Positions 31,771 to 33,242 of a stretch of 33,242 nucleotides of DNA are shown one piece after another (the stretch's first letter is position 1; the number at the start of each line of letters is the position of its first letter). Below the pieces are notes generated by a model. It worked only from the letters and a program-made list of their open reading frames with translations. It searched no databases and was not told where the DNA came from. Origin of the DNA: Octopus bimaculoides (lineage: Eukaryota); contig NC_069000.1 in NCBI RefSeq assembly GCF_001194135.2, forward strand, positions 27,416,492 through 27,449,733, given 5' to 3'. The position numbers and the translations under genes were made by a program.

Positions 31771-32388
31771 ACAGTTGGACGACGGAGTATTTTTTGGCTG
31801 ATAGGTGGGTGATATTGCAATTTGGCGTGAAAAGTTTGGGAAACACTGTATTAGACAGTTATGTTTAGGATACGGTATCCAATATTTGCTGTGGATATTA
31901 TGTAAATAGAGGAATTTATCTGTAAAAATATGTGACACTTATTCGGTAGCCATGATAAAACTCCGAGTTTCGGATGCCGGGATGGGAGCCCACACCAACA
32001 TCTCTTCAGTTATCTGGCCATTGAAAATTCCTGTGAAAAATGACCGTTAAAACAAAGGGAAATTACTGTGTGGTTGACCGTCATTAAGACAAAAGAGCTA
32101 TAGACTGCTAAGTAAGGGGAGGGGGTAAAAGTAAGGGAGTAGAGAAGTGTATAGTGTTCGCGTAAGCGCACCAAACCGCACATTCGCCTATATTTATATA
32201 CTAAACCACCCTCGCTCACCCACATACTCGCCAAAAACTATACATATATGTACATATACACATATATATATACCCGCATACACACCCACACTCACACACA
32301 CACAACCCCGCACCCATACACACGCACGCAAAAAAAAATTTATAGGGCTAAAAGCAAAAACAGAAGAAAGTGTGGGAAAGCTATAAGG

Positions 32389-33242
32389 TTAAAACGTGTC
32401 TAATATGCGCATATTTTCGCATGCACGCACATACATCTATATACGCACGTACCCGCACACAACGCACACATTCACAAGCGCGCACATAAGGTTCCATGTA
32501 CGTGTCTATAGACGCACAGGAAAAAAACAGGGTAGAGGGGAGAAAACAGAAAAAATGTGTGAAAAATATGCAAAACATTAATTCTATAATTATGTAAAAA
32601 TATTTTAAAATATATTAAAAAAATATATTAAAATATATAAAAAATATTAAAAGATATATATAAAAAAATCCATCTAAAAGGTATAGAAAGGTAAAAAGCT
32701 TATACATAGACACAATATAGAAAGCAAATCCTATCAGTACAGTCCTATCAGTAAAAATATTAAAAATATATAAGAAATCTAAATAAAAAGTATAGAGAGA
32801 TAAAAAGCTTATACATAGAAACAATATAGAAAGAAAGTCCTATCAGTAAACTCAGGACGACCAAAAACGTAGGAAATATTTGACCACATGTGGACATGAT
32901 CCGAAAAGTTCAGTCTTTGAATTTAGACATGTGGTGGGGTCTAAGCTGCCTTTCCAGATGGATTTTTTTTTTTTATATATTTTTTACATAATTATAGAGT
33001 TCATGTTTTGTATTTTTTCTACACATATTTTTCTGTTTATAATTATAGAGTTAATGTTTTGTACTTTTTCCACACATATTTTTCTGTTTTCTCCCCTCCA
33101 CCCTGTTTTTTTTCCTGTGCGTCTATAGACACGTACATGGAACCTTATGTGCTCGCTTGTGAATGTGTACGTGTGTGCGGGTACGTGCGTATATAGATGT
33201 ATGTGCGTGCATGCGAAAATATGAGCATATTAGACGCGTTTT
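32389..33242. repeat. long inverted repeat (foldback or large-TIR element) running off the window end
   Basis: About 32389-32680 is the reverse complement of about 32948-33242 (e.g. ACATAAGGTTCCATGTACGTGTCTATAGACGCACAGGAAAAAAACAGGGT), with a spacer of about 270 bp. Confidence 0.92.

Overview
This is AT-rich eukaryotic draft-assembly sequence with nine N gaps (about 1025-1784, 3289-3516, 4865-5108, 8247-8256, 9394-9804, 11179-11316, 12232-12620, 26985-27613, 28919-29235). I found no host gene or intact ORF. The window is microsatellites, low-complexity DNA and decayed transposable elements: two mariners, a hAT (Buster/Charlie-type) pseudogene, two internally deleted Ty3/Gypsy elements with recognisable LTRs and PBSs (Mag-like with tRNA-Leu PBS; CsRn1-like with tRNA-Trp PBS), fragments of at least three different Penelope-like elements (PLEs), two tRNA-derived SINE families and a long foldback at the right edge. 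The SINE families resemble repeats I recall from octopus genomes, so a coleoid cephalopod source is my inference and is not verifiable here. The most notable signal is three distinct type I hammerhead ribozyme motifs tied to PLE termini. One sits directly downstream of a tRNA-derived A/B-box head in the 3' region of a PLE (24339-24605), suggesting a Pol III-driven self-cleaving RNA module. All coordinates and alignments were done by eye.
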